Below are positions 63,758 through 64,000 of a stretch of DNA of 64,000 nt, piece by piece (the first letter of the stretch is position 1; the number at the start of each line of letters is the position of its first letter). Both the position numbers and the translations under genes were made by a program. The DNA is from an uncultured Actinomycetes bacterium (lineage in GTDB: Bacteria; Actinomycetota; UBA4738; HRBIN12), in NCBI GenBank assembly GCA_963771385.1, contig CAVYTE010000011.1, forward strand, positions 8,573-72,572, written 5' to 3'. The notes under the pieces were generated by a model. It was not told the origin of the DNA. It searched no databases and worked only from the letters and a program-made list of their open reading frames with translations.

Positions 63758-64000
63758 ATGATGATGCGCAGAGGACCCGGCCTCATCGGGGCGGCGGTCA
63801 CGACCGCGGTCGTCGCGGGAACCGCCACGGCCGTCAGGGGTCGCGTCGGTCGGCGGCAGCAGCAGAAGTTCGCCTCGCAGGACGCCGCCTACGTGCAGCA
63901 ACAGGCCGCGGCCGCCGAGGCCGGCTACGAGCAGCAGGCCGCCGCGCCACCTCCCGAGGAGGATCCGACCGTGCAGATCCAGAAGCTCGCACAGCTCCAC
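63758..64000 (+). CDS. SHOCT-type partner protein, 5' part (runs off right edge)
   Basis: GAAGGAGGA lies 7 nt before the ATGATGATG start. MMMRRGPGLIGAAVTTAVVAGTATAVRGRVGRRQQQKFASQDAAYVQQQAAAAEAGYEQQAAAPPPEEDPTVQIQKLAQLH is the beginning of a SHOCT motif. Confidence 0.7.
   Translation, partial: MMMRRGPGLIGAAVTTAVVAGTATAVRGRVGRRQQQKFASQDAAYVQQQAAAAEAGYEQQAAAPPPEEDPTVQIQKLAQLH

Noticed and set aside
1-64000. CRISPR arrays, rRNA genes or complete tRNA genes.
   Set aside because: I found no regularly spaced direct repeats with unique spacers. The only tandem repeats are the 9-nt x2.5 unit at 901-923 and the 45-nt x2 unit at 60634-60729. Nothing resembles rRNA, and only the two T-arm-like fragments resemble tRNA.

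Overview
This is a 64-kb window of a high-G+C, actinobacterial-type chromosome. Hand counts on sample lines give about 55-63% G+C in a few patches and 70-78% elsewhere. I can support about 60 protein-coding loci, no rRNA, no complete tRNA and no CRISPR array. Intact genes include gltX, zwf, a type-II NADH dehydrogenase, RNase III, a GH2 beta-mannosidase and a GH15 glycosidase. Also intact are a P-type ATPase-PPK2-SulP operon, a GS-like gamma-glutamyl ligase, two microsomal-type epoxide hydrolases, several alpha/beta hydrolases, one large LuxR/LAL regulator, MarR, GNATs and two DUF6325-like/SHOCT pairs. There is also marked gene decay. About 20 loci are frameshifted or are short gene fragments butted against each other, while all the longest genes are intact. 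I located about 21 indels by following conserved protein sequence from one frame into another. Four structures are not explained by gene calls. (1) At least four, perhaps five, related upstream elements with an SD-like G-run plus ATG core sit in front of unrelated genes between 3.4 and 13.9 kb; two of them form an inverted pair around a dead LAL regulator. (2) Two direct copies of a ~125-nt repeat end in an identical 45 nt that looks like a tRNA T-arm plus 3' acceptor strand. They bracket a 12.2-kb segment (17.1-29.3 kb) carrying an IS and a mirror-symmetric epoxide-hydrolase/alpha-beta-hydrolase gene set around a LuxR regulator. (3) A multicopper oxidase is split into a body (886-2422, minus) and its first ~45 codons (13952-14090, plus), and the latter are fused in frame to a PAP2-kinase gene. 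(4) A complete eukaryote-type PRMT-like arginine methyltransferase gene sits inside a DUF6325-like/SHOCT locus. All family names come from my recognition of motifs in the translated ORFs; no database search was run.
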